Program-made: the position numbers and the translations under genes
Notes under the pieces: model-generated
The model's input: only the letters and a program-made list of their open reading frames with translations
Database searches by the model: none
What the model was told of the DNA's origin: nothing
From: a virus
Length of the DNA stretch: 64,000 bases
Reading direction: 5' to 3' (one strand)
IMG/VR virus record: IMGVR_UViG_3300037993_001242
Coordinates: 1-64,000 of that record
Part shown: in pieces, positions 19,354-29,257 of the stretch
Position numbering within the stretch: position 1 is the stretch's first letter
Layout: each line of letters starts with the position of its first letter

Positions 19354-19917
19354 TTAAATACGTTGTACTGCGGTTATATTGGTTTTTAGAATGCGATAAC
19401 TGTCTACGTTTTTAAAGTCTCGTGCAATCTTTTTATTTGTTCGACCTTCCTCGTAATGTAGCTTACGATGACAATTAGCGCATAAAATATCGCATTTTGC
19501 TATTTCACGCATCAAGTGTTCCCAAGAATATCCTAGCCTCCAAGCTTGCGAAATGTTCATTTCTTTTTGTGCCGGGTTACGGTGATGAAATTCCAAACAA
19601 GCTGGGTGATTTTCAGGACAACGACAGCAGTGTTGTTGAGCCTTCCAAGCTATAAATCTTTGGCGATTTAACTGCGCAGCAGATTGCACTCGCGCTTTAT
19701 GTGCTTCTTTATGTGTTGCATACCAGTGCTTGTGATACGCTTTAATTTGCTCCTTATGCTCTTCACGCCAACGTTTACCTTTTGCTCCAATCTTCTCCTT
19801 ATTACGCTGTTGCCAAAGCACAGTTCTACGTACGCGACAAACTTTACAAACTTTCCTATTCTTAACCAGTTCTTCTGGATTTTTAGGTTCTTTGCATTCA
19901 GTACAAATGATTTTCAT
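19354..19917 (-). CDS. HNH endonuclease
   Basis: CCRC...CLEFHHRNP...EIAKCDILCANCHRKLH. Confidence 0.88.
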   Translation of the reverse strand: MKIICTECKEPKNPEELVKNRKVCKVCRVRRTVLWQQRNKEKIGAKGKRWREEHKEQIKAYHKHWYATHKEAHKARVQSAAQLNRQRFIAWKAQQHCCRCPENHPACLEFHHRNPAQKEMNISQAWRLGYSWEHLMREIAKCDILCANCHRKLHYEEGRTNKKIARDFKNVDSYRILKTNITAVQRI

Positions 19918-19954
19918 GCAATAAGTACACAGTGTAATCTACTAAAACTAAAAT

Positions 19955-20395
19955 ATGCTGAAGAACTACACCAGCGATGTCCCGGTGTCACGAACCATCA
20001 GCCGGATAGAAGAAATCATCGCCCGCGCCAACGCGACGGACATCACCAAAGCTTACGATAACGGTCGTCTGATCGCCCTGTGCTTTGGCATCTACCTGCC
20101 CAACAAGAAACTGGTGACGATCCGCCTGCCTGCCAACACGGACGCTGTATACGAAGCCTTGATGAAGAAAATCCACAAGCCCCAAACCGGCACTGAAGCC
20201 AGAGTCCGGGAGCAGGCCGAGCGCACCGCATGGAAGCTGGTGCAGGATTGGATCGAGGTTCAACTGAGTCTGGTCGAGATGCAACAGGCTGAATTGGCAC
20301 AGGTTTTCATGCCCTACCTGTGGGATGGCAGGCAGACGCTGTTTCAGGTCTGGCGCAGGGAAAACTACAAAGAATTGCCTGAAACTTGTGGGTAA
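19955..20395 (+). CDS. hypothetical phage protein
   Basis: 146 aa, typical codon usage. Confidence 0.7.
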   Translation: MLKNYTSDVPVSRTISRIEEIIARANATDITKAYDNGRLIALCFGIYLPNKKLVTIRLPANTDAVYEALMKKIHKPQTGTEARVREQAERTAWKLVQDWIEVQLSLVEMQQAELAQVFMPYLWDGRQTLFQVWRRENYKELPETCG

Positions 20396-20399
20396 GAAT

Positions 20400-21005
20400 A
20401 TGCCATTTACACCTGAGCAAATCAAAGAAATCGAACATCGTGTTGTTGTTGTGCTGGAAAACGAAGCACGAGCACAACAACAACGAATGATCAGCGGCCA
20501 ACAACAATACGCAGAGCAACAACTGACTCTAAATGCGAACGAATACAATCGAGCCAATGACTATCTAAAATTTCGCAGTAAATTAGATAGACTTACTATT
20601 GTTATTGCTGGAGCAATCCTTGCATATACGATCAATGTCTCACTTTTGTCTCCGGCTAATTCGTGGATGTCAATGCACCTTTATTTACAAGCGGTATCTG
20701 GTTTCTTGGCACTGCTATCTGGATGGAAAGGACTGCAAAGCTGGGATATTGTTTGCGGTATAATTTCAAATAGAATAAAAGCAATCAGAGCTTCAGAAGA
20801 GCTTCTCAGTCCCATAAAAACAAAACCAGAAGAACTTCTGACAGCGACTACACTGTCTTATACAAGAGAAATAGGTAATGACGTTACCAAAGCTGACGAA
20901 GCGCACAATCAGCACCGGTTACTACTCAAAATATCCGTGATTGTATCTGTTATGGCTTTCTGCTGGAAATTTACTGCTTGGATTTTAATTTCACATGGGT
21001 CTTGA
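20400..21005 (+). CDS. predicted membrane protein
   Basis: Three hydrophobic segments; start reassigned to ATG 20400; visibly AT-rich. Confidence 0.6.
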   Translation: MPFTPEQIKEIEHRVVVVLENEARAQQQRMISGQQQYAEQQLTLNANEYNRANDYLKFRSKLDRLTIVIAGAILAYTINVSLLSPANSWMSMHLYLQAVSGFLALLSGWKGLQSWDIVCGIISNRIKAIRASEELLSPIKTKPEELLTATTLSYTREIGNDVTKADEAHNQHRLLLKISVIVSVMAFCWKFTAWILISHGS

Positions 21006-21162
21006 TTCCGACAAAATTCCCTATCCTGACAGCCCCAAGGTCAAATGCACCAAATGCGGGTTTGAGTTCGAGTGTGATCCGGGCTGGCTGAAAGCCACTA
21101 CGACCATCGGTTGCCCAAAGTGTGGGGCATGGATAAAAATACCAAAGCCGCCTGTGGAGTAA
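20995..21162 (+). CDS. small zinc-ribbon protein not in the ORF track (55 aa)
   Basis: MGLDSDKIPYPDSPKVKCTKCGFEFECDPGWLKATTTIGCPKCGAWIKIPKPPVE; two CxxC motifs. Confidence 0.65.
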   Translation: MGLDSDKIPYPDSPKVKCTKCGFEFECDPGWLKATTTIGCPKCGAWIKIPKPPVE

Positions 21163-21226
21163 CTGTGGACAGCTTGTGAATATGTTCTTATAGACATAAG
21201 CATTTTGTGCGCTGTATACACATTAT

Positions 21227-21832
21227 ATGAAAACAATGTCAGCTTTTGATTTAACGGAAAGGAGCGGCCATCTTCATGATACGAATACGGTTCAAGGCCA
21301 ACTTTATCAATATGCTATGGAGCGTGATTCAGAGCGCAAAGTAATCTGTGGTTGGCTGCTCTATGACTCAAGTATTCCTGATGTAATTGGATTGCCTGAT
21401 CCTATCCTCGGCGAACCCGTGCCGATCCTGTGCGGTACGATGGAGGAGATAGACACTGCTGCTCACAGGTACTTGGAGCAATTTAAAGATACAGATGAAG
21501 GAGCACTGTACGCTCTTGAAATGACATTCGGCCAGTTTATTGACCAGTATCTCTGCTGTTATCCGCATTACGCTACTGTTGCTGCTCTGAAAAAACTGCA
21601 AGCATCTGCCAAGAACAGCTACGAAGCTAAGCTAAACAAGCTGACATTTGAATGTAAACTGGAAAAAGACACCACCTACGTTCTTTTAGAAAGTTTGGGC
21701 TTTGGCCTACCTGACACCGACATGCTGCGCAAAATGGAAGAATTAAAAAACAGAGGCTTTAAAGACGAAAAATGCCAGTGTCCATCATGCTGGCCACGAT
21801 CTGGAAGCGTATCCGGCGATGAAAACCATTGA
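21227..21832 (+). CDS. hypothetical protein
   Basis: 201 aa; TGTATACA 7 nt upstream. Confidence 0.65.
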   Translation: MKTMSAFDLTERSGHLHDTNTVQGQLYQYAMERDSERKVICGWLLYDSSIPDVIGLPDPILGEPVPILCGTMEEIDTAAHRYLEQFKDTDEGALYALEMTFGQFIDQYLCCYPHYATVAALKKLQASAKNSYEAKLNKLTFECKLEKDTTYVLLESLGFGLPDTDMLRKMEELKNRGFKDEKCQCPSCWPRSGSVSGDENH

Positions 21833-22593
21833 ATAAATCAACAGTTTATATGCCCTACGAAAATCTCAATAAGTTATGGCCCGCCGAAGCTCCAAATCGA
21901 TCTGATATACCGATTGTAGGAGACGAAATTCGTCACAACGGTCTACTTCTGGAAGCCAACGGTATAGAAGTAGTATTTAACAACTTTGAAGATCGACTGG
22001 TCGAAATGATCAGCCAATCAAAAGCTGTCATTGGCTGCGTGGCGTGGCTAACCAATGAATCTATTCTTGAAGCGCTGGCTTTGTGCCCGGAAACTGCTAT
22101 TGTAGTGCAAAAGGAAGACTTGTGGCGACCAGACATTGACAGCCACAAACGCTCGGACTGGAAACAGCATCTGGCCGACTTATATCGCCAAATTGAAGAC
22201 CGTAACTTGGGCTGGATTATCCGCGTAGGTCGTACACTGTCGGTCTGCGGTAGTTGCGATGGCGGAGGCATCCGTTGCATGGGCAATTACAATTCAACAC
22301 GCAAGGCTGCCTTTCCACGAATGCACCATAAATTTGCTCTTTTTGGTGATATAGTGGAGCACAAAGCTGACCACAAAAGTAGTGAATTTGTACCGCATAC
22401 TCTATGGACAGGCAGCTATAACTGGACGGTCAATGCCGGACATTCACTGGAAAACGCATTGATCGTGGACGCCAAAACACATCCTGTAATCATAGACGCT
22501 TTTTACAACGAATTTATTCACATTTTTTCCCTATCTGAACCACTGGATTTCGAGTCAAACTGGGTAGCACCTGAATGGAGGATTGGAACATAG
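21829..22593 (+). CDS. phospholipase D-like (single HKD) nuclease-family protein
   Basis: MHHKFALFGD and WTGSYNWTVNAGHSLENALIV. Confidence 0.82.
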   Translation: MNKSTVYMPYENLNKLWPAEAPNRSDIPIVGDEIRHNGLLLEANGIEVVFNNFEDRLVEMISQSKAVIGCVAWLTNESILEALALCPETAIVVQKEDLWRPDIDSHKRSDWKQHLADLYRQIEDRNLGWIIRVGRTLSVCGSCDGGGIRCMGNYNSTRKAAFPRMHHKFALFGDIVEHKADHKSSEFVPHTLWTGSYNWTVNAGHSLENALIVDAKTHPVIIDAFYNEFIHIFSLSEPLDFESNWVAPEWRIGT

Positions 22594-22596
22594 CTT

Positions 22597-23250
22597 ATGC
22601 CTCGACAATATCTCAAATTAACAGCCGAGGAAGCGCTTACCAAGTACGCACACGCGGATCACCTGACCAAGCGTTTTATTGCAGCGTGGCTTAATCCGAC
22701 TTTGGAAATAACGGTGCGCAATAGCTGGGAACTTCTTCAACAGGACGTTAAAGGCATAGACTTAGCTGTTTTGTCAGAATGTATACGTAGCATGGATTAT
22801 ACTAAATTTCTGCATACATCCTATTGGGCGACAGTGTCAAAATTTGTTGATGCTCGCGACGGACATACCTGCACACGCTGTAAGCAAGAACGTCCAATCG
22901 TACTTGATACGCATCACAAAACTTACGAACATCACGGTCTTGAGCACCAATTTACCGATGATCTAATTTCACTTTGTAGAATTTGCCACGCATTAGAGCA
23001 TGGTCATTTAGCTGAAGCCATCTGTGCTGAATTCAGCGAAGAAATTCATTACTCTGAAAATAAAAGTGAACTTGAAACGTTTGGTGTGCCCGAACATATT
23101 CGTGACGGTATTGCATGGTGGATAACCAGAATTGGTATCAGTATTGCACGACGCTTAACCGGTGAAGATACGTGCGATCTGCGTGGCATGAGTTTTACAA
23201 AAAAATCTAAACGACCACGCCGCCATGAACTTGATTCCAGTGATTGGTAA
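22597..23250 (+). CDS. HNH endonuclease-domain protein
   Basis: RDGHTCTRC...THHKTY...DLISLCRICHALEH. Confidence 0.8.
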   Translation: MPRQYLKLTAEEALTKYAHADHLTKRFIAAWLNPTLEITVRNSWELLQQDVKGIDLAVLSECIRSMDYTKFLHTSYWATVSKFVDARDGHTCTRCKQERPIVLDTHHKTYEHHGLEHQFTDDLISLCRICHALEHGHLAEAICAEFSEEIHYSENKSELETFGVPEHIRDGIAWWITRIGISIARRLTGEDTCDLRGMSFTKKSKRPRRHELDSSDW

Positions 23251-24151
23251 TTGATTCTGAAATTGATTCCCTGTGCGCCTGCGTGAGCTTTTTGCCCAGC
23301 TTGGCAGCGCACTGCTTACGGCGGGTAGCTTTTGATACGATCCGGCCTGCACCGATGCCCAACACCCGCTTGGGCATGTGGGCTGCGGCTTCATTGAACC
23401 AGCCTTCACGCTTGGCCAGCCGGTAGGACATCTGGCTGTTGTCGATCCATTCCTGCTTGGTAGTGTACTTTTTGGCCTCGGCAAGGATAGCTTCTTTCGT
23501 CCACTTGGTGATCTGGACGGTGCCAAGGCTTCCACCTTCAGCTTCGTTGAGCATCTGCCAGTTTTGGGCCTTGTACTGGGTAATCCACTGGCGCTCGCAC
23601 AGGACGGCTTCCTGCGGGCTGCCAAGCGCGTCCTGAATCACTTTATAGGTATACTGGGCGCAGACCTGCATGTGATTGTGAACCGGGCCGCGCTGCATGT
23701 GCTGGCCATGGCGGGTTTTGGGCAGGAAGGTCAGGCCGACGTAAACGTGCCGGTCAATAAATTCGTAGGCATAAACGATGTAGCTGCCGGAATAGGGGTG
23801 CGCCTGCGGCACCATGTGACTTGCAACCTTGTCCACAAGGCCCCGCCTATGCGCCGCTTGATAATAATTTGGTTCCGTAGTTTTCCAGTCATTACGGTGT
23901 TTGAACTTAGCAGCAGACGCTGCAATTTCTTCTTCCGAATACTGAACAGGCGTAAATTTACCGCGCATACTGGGCATGTGCGCACAGCATGTGCGTATAA
24001 ATTCACTGCCGCGCTTTACTGCACAGCCATAATGACTTTGGTGCCCTGCTCCACGTTCTACTTCACCTGCGGCCCGCCAATCAGCGCGGGTTCCAAATTG
24101 TTTGGCATGTTCAATCAACTGTTCATTCGTGTACTCGCTCTTCATAAACAA
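23207..24151 (-). CDS. GIY-YIG homing endonuclease with repeated helical modules
   Basis: YIVYAYEF...VYVGLT...RHGQH; repeats of W...Y..A.R.G...HM; downstream of the capsid gene. Confidence 0.85.
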   Translation of the reverse strand: MFMKSEYTNEQLIEHAKQFGTRADWRAAGEVERGAGHQSHYGCAVKRGSEFIRTCCAHMPSMRGKFTPVQYSEEEIAASAAKFKHRNDWKTTEPNYYQAAHRRGLVDKVASHMVPQAHPYSGSYIVYAYEFIDRHVYVGLTFLPKTRHGQHMQRGPVHNHMQVCAQYTYKVIQDALGSPQEAVLCERQWITQYKAQNWQMLNEAEGGSLGTVQITKWTKEAILAEAKKYTTKQEWIDNSQMSYRLAKREGWFNEAAAHMPKRVLGIGAGRIVSKATRRKQCAAKLGKKLTQAHRESISESITNHWNQVHGGVVV

Positions 24152-24160
24152 AGGATAACA

Positions 24161-24198
24161 TAAAACAAAACGAGGTCAACATTTTATTGTTGACCTCG
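24161..24198 (-). terminator. terminator after the major capsid gene
   Basis: 11-bp stem CGAGGTCAACA/TGTTGACCTCG followed on the minus strand by TTTTGTTTT. Confidence 0.8.
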
Positions 24199-24222
24199 GT
24201 GAAATTACTGTGTAAGTAACTG

Positions 24223-25686
24223 TTATCCAATGGTCTGACCAAACGCAGTAGGACTGTTCTGAATCAGGCCACGGCAGTACATTTTTGAATTCACCATCTT
24301 CCGGGCGAAGCTGGTCGCAAACCCGCGCTGGTGGATGAAGTCCGGCAGGACGATGTCGGGCGTTGTGTACAATTTTTGATACTCGGCGAGCACATAACCG
24401 GTTGTCAAAAATTGATCCCCCTTGTGCCCAACGAGGAACTCGTTGTTGGGATAGTGAGGATCAGCAAAAACCTTCTTGTTCCCAAGGTCGCCGATGTAGG
24501 TGATACCCTGCATCTGTGTCCGGTTGTTCTTGGGTACGAACTGCGGCAGCGTGGCAACGACCGTCGCGGCCTGAAGGCCCAACAGTAACCAGTTACCGGC
24601 CACCATGTTCGTAGCGCCGAAGATGAAGTTACTCGCGGTTTCAAACGCGTCGATGATCGAGAACTTGTGCGTCTGGTAGTTGACGCTCGTCGGGGGAATC
24701 GCATCCCACACAACGAAGCCAGCGTCAGCCTTGGCGCGCAGGTCGAAGATAACCTGACGGTGTTTCTGGTACTGCAACGCATTCGTCAAAGCATTGAGCA
24801 GGACGCTCTCCGCCTTGATATTATACATTGCTTGCAAGTTCTGATCGGCTTCTTCCGACCAGAGAGTCTTGAGCTTCATCACCTTGGCCGTGACCGGCGT
24901 GGACGACAGCTTCATCTCATAATCCTGAATGGCAAGGTTGCCTTCAGAGTTGAACGCGTAGTTGATGTCGTAGCTCGCCGAGGTCAGCGTGCTAACCGTG
25001 ACCGTGCCCGCGCCGGTACCCTGATAAACCACCGTACCGATTGTCGCGTTGGTCGACGTGTTGATGATGTTGCCGTTGCCATCGTCAGCAATGTTTGTCG
25101 TGCTGACGCTGCCGGTAAGAGTACCGGGGCGGATCGGCGTCCACTCCAAGACAATGACGCCGGAACCATTGCTGGTTCCCGTCTCGTCCTGAACGATTTC
25201 GTCACCGTCATCGTCGCGGTCAGTTGCGCCTTGCAGAGCACGCCACATCGGAGCGCCTGCCGGAGTGCGGCCTTTGCGACGGCCAGTCACGATGTCCATG
25301 TAGACGATCTGGCTGACCGGGCCAGCCATCGGTTGCAACGCAACCAGTTGATCGATCACGTCGTTCTCGGACATGTTCGCGATAATTGGAAAAATCCATT
25401 TATCGAAAGTGCCGAGAGAGGTCGTGCGCGTCACTTCGTCCAACCGGCCAAAGCGGCTGCGGCAGTTTTCGAGCATGATCGCCGCCAGAGGCCGTTTGTA
25501 TTCCGGCATGTGGGCGACAAACTCTTTCCAGCCGCGAGCCTCCCAGAGGCCGCGAGGACTTTTTTCGGGGACGCCGACCGGCGTTTCGGCCAGTCGATAG
25601 CCCCACTCAAGAATGTCGGTAAAGCGGCTGATGTGACCGCCATCCGACGCCAACATCGGTCTTCCCGATTCATTTAGAATAACCAT
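24223..25686 (-). CDS. major capsid protein (T4 gp23-like)
   Basis: VALQPMAGPVSQIVYM, PVTAKVMKLKTLWSEEADQNLQAM, YVLAEYQ motifs. Confidence 0.95.
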   Translation of the reverse strand: MVILNESGRPMLASDGGHISRFTDILEWGYRLAETPVGVPEKSPRGLWEARGWKEFVAHMPEYKRPLAAIMLENCRSRFGRLDEVTRTTSLGTFDKWIFPIIANMSENDVIDQLVALQPMAGPVSQIVYMDIVTGRRKGRTPAGAPMWRALQGATDRDDDGDEIVQDETGTSNGSGVIVLEWTPIRPGTLTGSVSTTNIADDGNGNIINTSTNATIGTVVYQGTGAGTVTVSTLTSASYDINYAFNSEGNLAIQDYEMKLSSTPVTAKVMKLKTLWSEEADQNLQAMYNIKAESVLLNALTNALQYQKHRQVIFDLRAKADAGFVVWDAIPPTSVNYQTHKFSIIDAFETASNFIFGATNMVAGNWLLLGLQAATVVATLPQFVPKNNRTQMQGITYIGDLGNKKVFADPHYPNNEFLVGHKGDQFLTTGYVLAEYQKLYTTPDIVLPDFIHQRGFATSFARKMVNSKMYCRGLIQNSPTAFGQTIG

Positions 25687-25725
25687 AGGTTTTTCTTATT
25701 GTTGTTTTGTTGATGGTTGTGGTTT

Positions 25726-27441
25726 TTACTTGGCGGTTGTGCTCAGCCGTCTGACCATCTCATACGACTCCGTGATCCCACGAGGGTCACGTTCTCTGAG
25801 CAGAATTTTCGCCTCAGCCACGGACGTAGTAGCCGGGGCTTTATCAGCGGTTGCTGAATCCTTTGGAGCATCCTTGGACTCCGCCACCGACGCTGTCGCC
25901 GGTTGGCCGCCCTTGGATTCGTGTGCCACATTGCCGGGTTCCTTGGCGACCAGATCGCCCTTTTCGCCGGTGCCCTTGCCTTGGCCCTCTTTCTTGACCG
26001 TGGTGGCTTCCTCGCCTTCCTTGGGCTGGCCCGCGCCAGCCAGTTTGCCCTTGTCACCTTCCTCGGTGACCGGCTTTTTGCCTTCCAAGGTCTCGCGAAT
26101 GGCCGCGATGTGACGCAGGCGCGTGGCTTCCTTCAACGACTTCTGGATTTCGGGAGTCTGCGCCTTTTCCTTGAATTCGAGCACGATGATGCGCCGACCC
26201 AGTTCGGTGACATCTTCGTGGTAGCGATCCCGCATCAGGTCAAGGGCCTCGCAGGAAGTATTGAAATCATCCTCCAGCGTGGCGTACTTTTGCTTGCGGG
26301 TTTCGGCAAGTGATTGCCAGCCCTGACCGCGCCGGGTCAACTCCTCGATCATCTTGGTGTTGCTGGTGACGGTTTTGAGGGCCTCTCCAAGCTTTTTCTT
26401 GTACGTCAGCGCCGTCTGGGCGACGGCATTGATGACCTTCATCAGCTTGGTGTTGTTCTCCGACAGCCTCTTGGCTTGCTTGGCCGGAGCCGATGCAGTC
26501 TCGCCCAGCTTGTTGCTCAGGCTGTCGAGTTCGCGATGCAGCTTTTGTGCATCCCAATCATTTTTGGCCGGATCAGCGGCACGATACTGGGAAACTTCCC
26601 GACCGATTGAGTCGATGTCCTCCCGCAGCGCATTGATGCGATTCGGGTCAGACGGGCACGATTCCACAGCCGTCCGCAACGCCGATACACGGCTTCTTAC
26701 TTCGTTGATTTCCATAGGTTTTGTTTTTGTTTGTGCGCTGGCGGCAGGGGTGATTTCTGCACCAGTTGAAGGAGATTCCTTCAAATTCATTTTAGTGGCG
26801 GCTTCAGCCAGTACGGTTTGATCGCTCGCCTTGAGACTGTTTCTGGATTCCGCAGCGACTACTGGCTGATCGCGTACCGGGGTGAGTTCCGCTGTCTCGA
26901 AGGAAGGCTTGATCACCACGTCCCATCCTTCGCAAATGTAGTCCTCACACACGTTATCCACGCCGTCCGTCCCTTTTTCGAGCGAGCCATAACCCCGGCT
27001 GGAAACCATCGGGTTGTAGCCGCCCTCGATCAAAGCCCGTAGCTTGCCGCCTTCGGGGGTTTCAAGAAGTTCGATGGTGCCGTGGACTTCGTAGATCGTT
27101 TTACCCGTGATGTCTTTGGTTTCTTTGAGGTCAGCTTCAGTAACGTGGTGGGAAATGGGGGAAAGCAGGGTGACGATGCCGTCTTTGGGATGCTCCAGAA
27201 GGCCAAAGGCCGCATTGCGCTTCATCGACTCCCGGAGCACCGAACCGTTTTGAAGGTTCTTTTCCCAGACCTTCTTGGAATAGCGCCGATTGTTGCCGTT
27301 GACGCAATCACAAATGGAAAAACGACCGGGAATTCTTGACGTGGACGCGCCGTCCGTGCGGGTCTCAAATACAAACGGTTTTGTCCTGTCTACAAAAAAA
27401 GGAACAGCACCGGTCGCGCCTTCAACAAGATATTGTCGCAT
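25726..27441 (-). CDS. prohead protease (T4 gp21-like) fused to coiled-coil scaffold
   Basis: NGNNRRYS, GLLEHP, ISHH, TPEG..L, VSSRGYGSL, WDVVIKPS; long coiled-coil and acidic C-terminus. Confidence 0.92.
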   Translation of the reverse strand: MRQYLVEGATGAVPFFVDRTKPFVFETRTDGASTSRIPGRFSICDCVNGNNRRYSKKVWEKNLQNGSVLRESMKRNAAFGLLEHPKDGIVTLLSPISHHVTEADLKETKDITGKTIYEVHGTIELLETPEGGKLRALIEGGYNPMVSSRGYGSLEKGTDGVDNVCEDYICEGWDVVIKPSFETAELTPVRDQPVVAAESRNSLKASDQTVLAEAATKMNLKESPSTGAEITPAASAQTKTKPMEINEVRSRVSALRTAVESCPSDPNRINALREDIDSIGREVSQYRAADPAKNDWDAQKLHRELDSLSNKLGETASAPAKQAKRLSENNTKLMKVINAVAQTALTYKKKLGEALKTVTSNTKMIEELTRRGQGWQSLAETRKQKYATLEDDFNTSCEALDLMRDRYHEDVTELGRRIIVLEFKEKAQTPEIQKSLKEATRLRHIAAIRETLEGKKPVTEEGDKGKLAGAGQPKEGEEATTVKKEGQGKGTGEKGDLVAKEPGNVAHESKGGQPATASVAESKDAPKDSATADKAPATTSVAEAKILLRERDPRGITESYEMVRRLSTTAK

Positions 27442-27660
27442 GTCGTGTTACGGCAGAAAACTGCTTGCTGTAAACACGCATAAAGCTCCTTGGCCGGTGT
27501 AAACATCGAGGAACTGCATCTAAGACACTTGAAAACTAACTGAAACCGTGAAATCCCGATGACACAAAAAACAAAGCAAAATTGAAGTATACTTGGCATA
27601 ACTAACTGATTACAACAGGCTTATACTACGTATACAAATCGAGGTTGCGGGGATGCTTTT

Positions 27661-27942
27661 TTAGACCTTCGGGGCGTGCGCCAATTTGGGACGGGGCGGT
27701 TCCTTGGGATTGACGATATTGATCTCCGCCCGGTAAAAATTCCAGACGTGATCCATCACCTTGTCCAGCTTGTCCATGTTGGCCCCACGTTCCTTAAACC
27801 ACTGTTTACACTCTTCCAGTTCAAGTTCCTCCGTGGTGCCATCATCGAGTGTCAGGTTGTAAAAATCCATGAACGGCTCACGCGTAACCACGACGTGCAG
27901 GTTGCTGTCCAGCTTAGGAGTTGGAATTTCAGTTTCTGGCAT
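27661..27942 (-). CDS. hypothetical protein
   Basis: Start reassigned to ATG 27942 (MPETEIPTPKL). Confidence 0.6.
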   Translation of the reverse strand: MPETEIPTPKLDSNLHVVVTREPFMDFYNLTLDDGTTEELELEECKQWFKERGANMDKLDKVMDHVWNFYRAEINIVNPKEPPRPKLAHAPKV

Positions 27943-27958
27943 AGCAGCAGGCGGGCCG

Positions 27959-28690
27959 TCAGCCCATAAAGTGCCGGAAAGCTTCGCAAATCCTCTTGCC
28001 ATCACCCGGCGTTGGTTCCGGCATCGGTGTCCCCGGTACCATGGCCGCCCCGACAGTTTCAGCCATGCCCGGCGGATCAACCTTTAAAGCAGCGTACGCA
28101 GCAGCCTCAGACGTAATAGCGCCTGCTCTTTGGGCCTCAGCGCGGTCAGCAGCGGGTTTTCCGGCCCGTGTGCGGCCCAAGATCACATCCATCGCCCGCG
28201 TGGCCTTGTCGACGCCCGGCCCTTCAATTTCTTCCGGGGCAACCTCTTGTTCAGGCTCGGCTTTTTCCAGTTCGGCTGCCGTGAAGCTCTGGGTGGTACT
28301 GCCGGGCACTTTGGAAGGATCGAGCGGAGTCATGGCCCCCGGCGTGGCATCCGGGGCCGTCAGCGCAGCGTAAGGCGTCATCAGCTTTTCGCGGTCGCCG
28401 CTGGGATGCGAGGGTTCCTGAACCACGTCCTTGATCGGTTTCATCGTTTTGGGCAGCACGGAGAGACCCATGTCGTTGATCTCCTCGGCATTGTCCGGGA
28501 TGATGCTGGTGTCCTTTGCTTCACCAACGACCCGCTTGAGCGCGGTGGAATCTTCGTCCTCGGCCCGCCGTCCCTGCCGCTGCTGGATCATGCGGTCACG
28601 ATACGTGCGCCGGGTGACTGCGCCCGCCGGTACCGGCACTGCGTCGTCTTCCTGTATCCGGCCTGTGACTTTGGCTAAAAACGGATTCAT
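27959..28690 (-). CDS. Pro/Ala-rich putative prohead core/internal protein
   Basis: 243 aa; RIQE and VVGE sites; head module. Confidence 0.6.
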   Translation of the reverse strand: MNPFLAKVTGRIQEDDAVPVPAGAVTRRTYRDRMIQQRQGRRAEDEDSTALKRVVGEAKDTSIIPDNAEEINDMGLSVLPKTMKPIKDVVQEPSHPSGDREKLMTPYAALTAPDATPGAMTPLDPSKVPGSTTQSFTAAELEKAEPEQEVAPEEIEGPGVDKATRAMDVILGRTRAGKPAADRAEAQRAGAITSEAAAYAALKVDPPGMAETVGAAMVPGTPMPEPTPGDGKRICEAFRHFMG

Positions 28691-29250
28691 TCTCTTTGGG
28701 TAACTGCCGCCAGATCGTCCCCGGCTGAGCGCTGAGGAACTTCGCCGTCTTCGGCTCCGATACGCTGTTTTTTGAAACCATCCACGCGGGACAAGATGTT
28801 GTCCGCCGGTGGCGCGCCGTCGCCGCCCTGTCCCTCGACCAGATCGTCCAGTATTTGGCCCAGTTCCAAGGCGCTTTCAGGGCCAATGGCCTGCACCAAG
28901 CCAATAAAGTCGGTGTACCTGACCGGTTCGGTCAAAAGCTTGATGGCCACGTCCATTTTGCCGCCGCTTGACCACAGGGAAGCGAGGACTTGGACGGGAT
29001 CGCTGACGTGATCTGGCTCACCGGGTTCGGCAACGGCGGCAGCCGTGTCTGCATCGGTTTCGGGCGCAGGTTCCGCCTCGGCGGCTTTGGGTGCTTCCTC
29101 GGCTTTGGGTTTTTCCTTCGGCTCAGTTTTTTCCTCTTCTTCTTCTTCGCCGAGCACCTGCTGCAAAATCGAGGGGGCTGGTTTTACCGGCGCGGGCGGC
29201 GCTGGCGTAGCGTCTTCGCCGAGCACTTTGCCGATCCAATTATTTTTCAT
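28687..29250 (-). CDS. acidic putative prohead core/internal protein
   Basis: KVLGE and QVLGE repeats, poly-E; GTAGTTA 4 nt upstream. Confidence 0.65.
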   Translation of the reverse strand: MKNNWIGKVLGEDATPAPPAPVKPAPSILQQVLGEEEEEEKTEPKEKPKAEEAPKAAEAEPAPETDADTAAAVAEPGEPDHVSDPVQVLASLWSSGGKMDVAIKLLTEPVRYTDFIGLVQAIGPESALELGQILDDLVEGQGGDGAPPADNILSRVDGFKKQRIGAEDGEVPQRSAGDDLAAVTQRE

Positions 29251-29257
29251 GCCATAA

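Noticed and set aside
27390-27599. 69-aa ORF upstream of the protease
   Set aside because: It overlaps the protease start in another frame and looks like untranslated leader.
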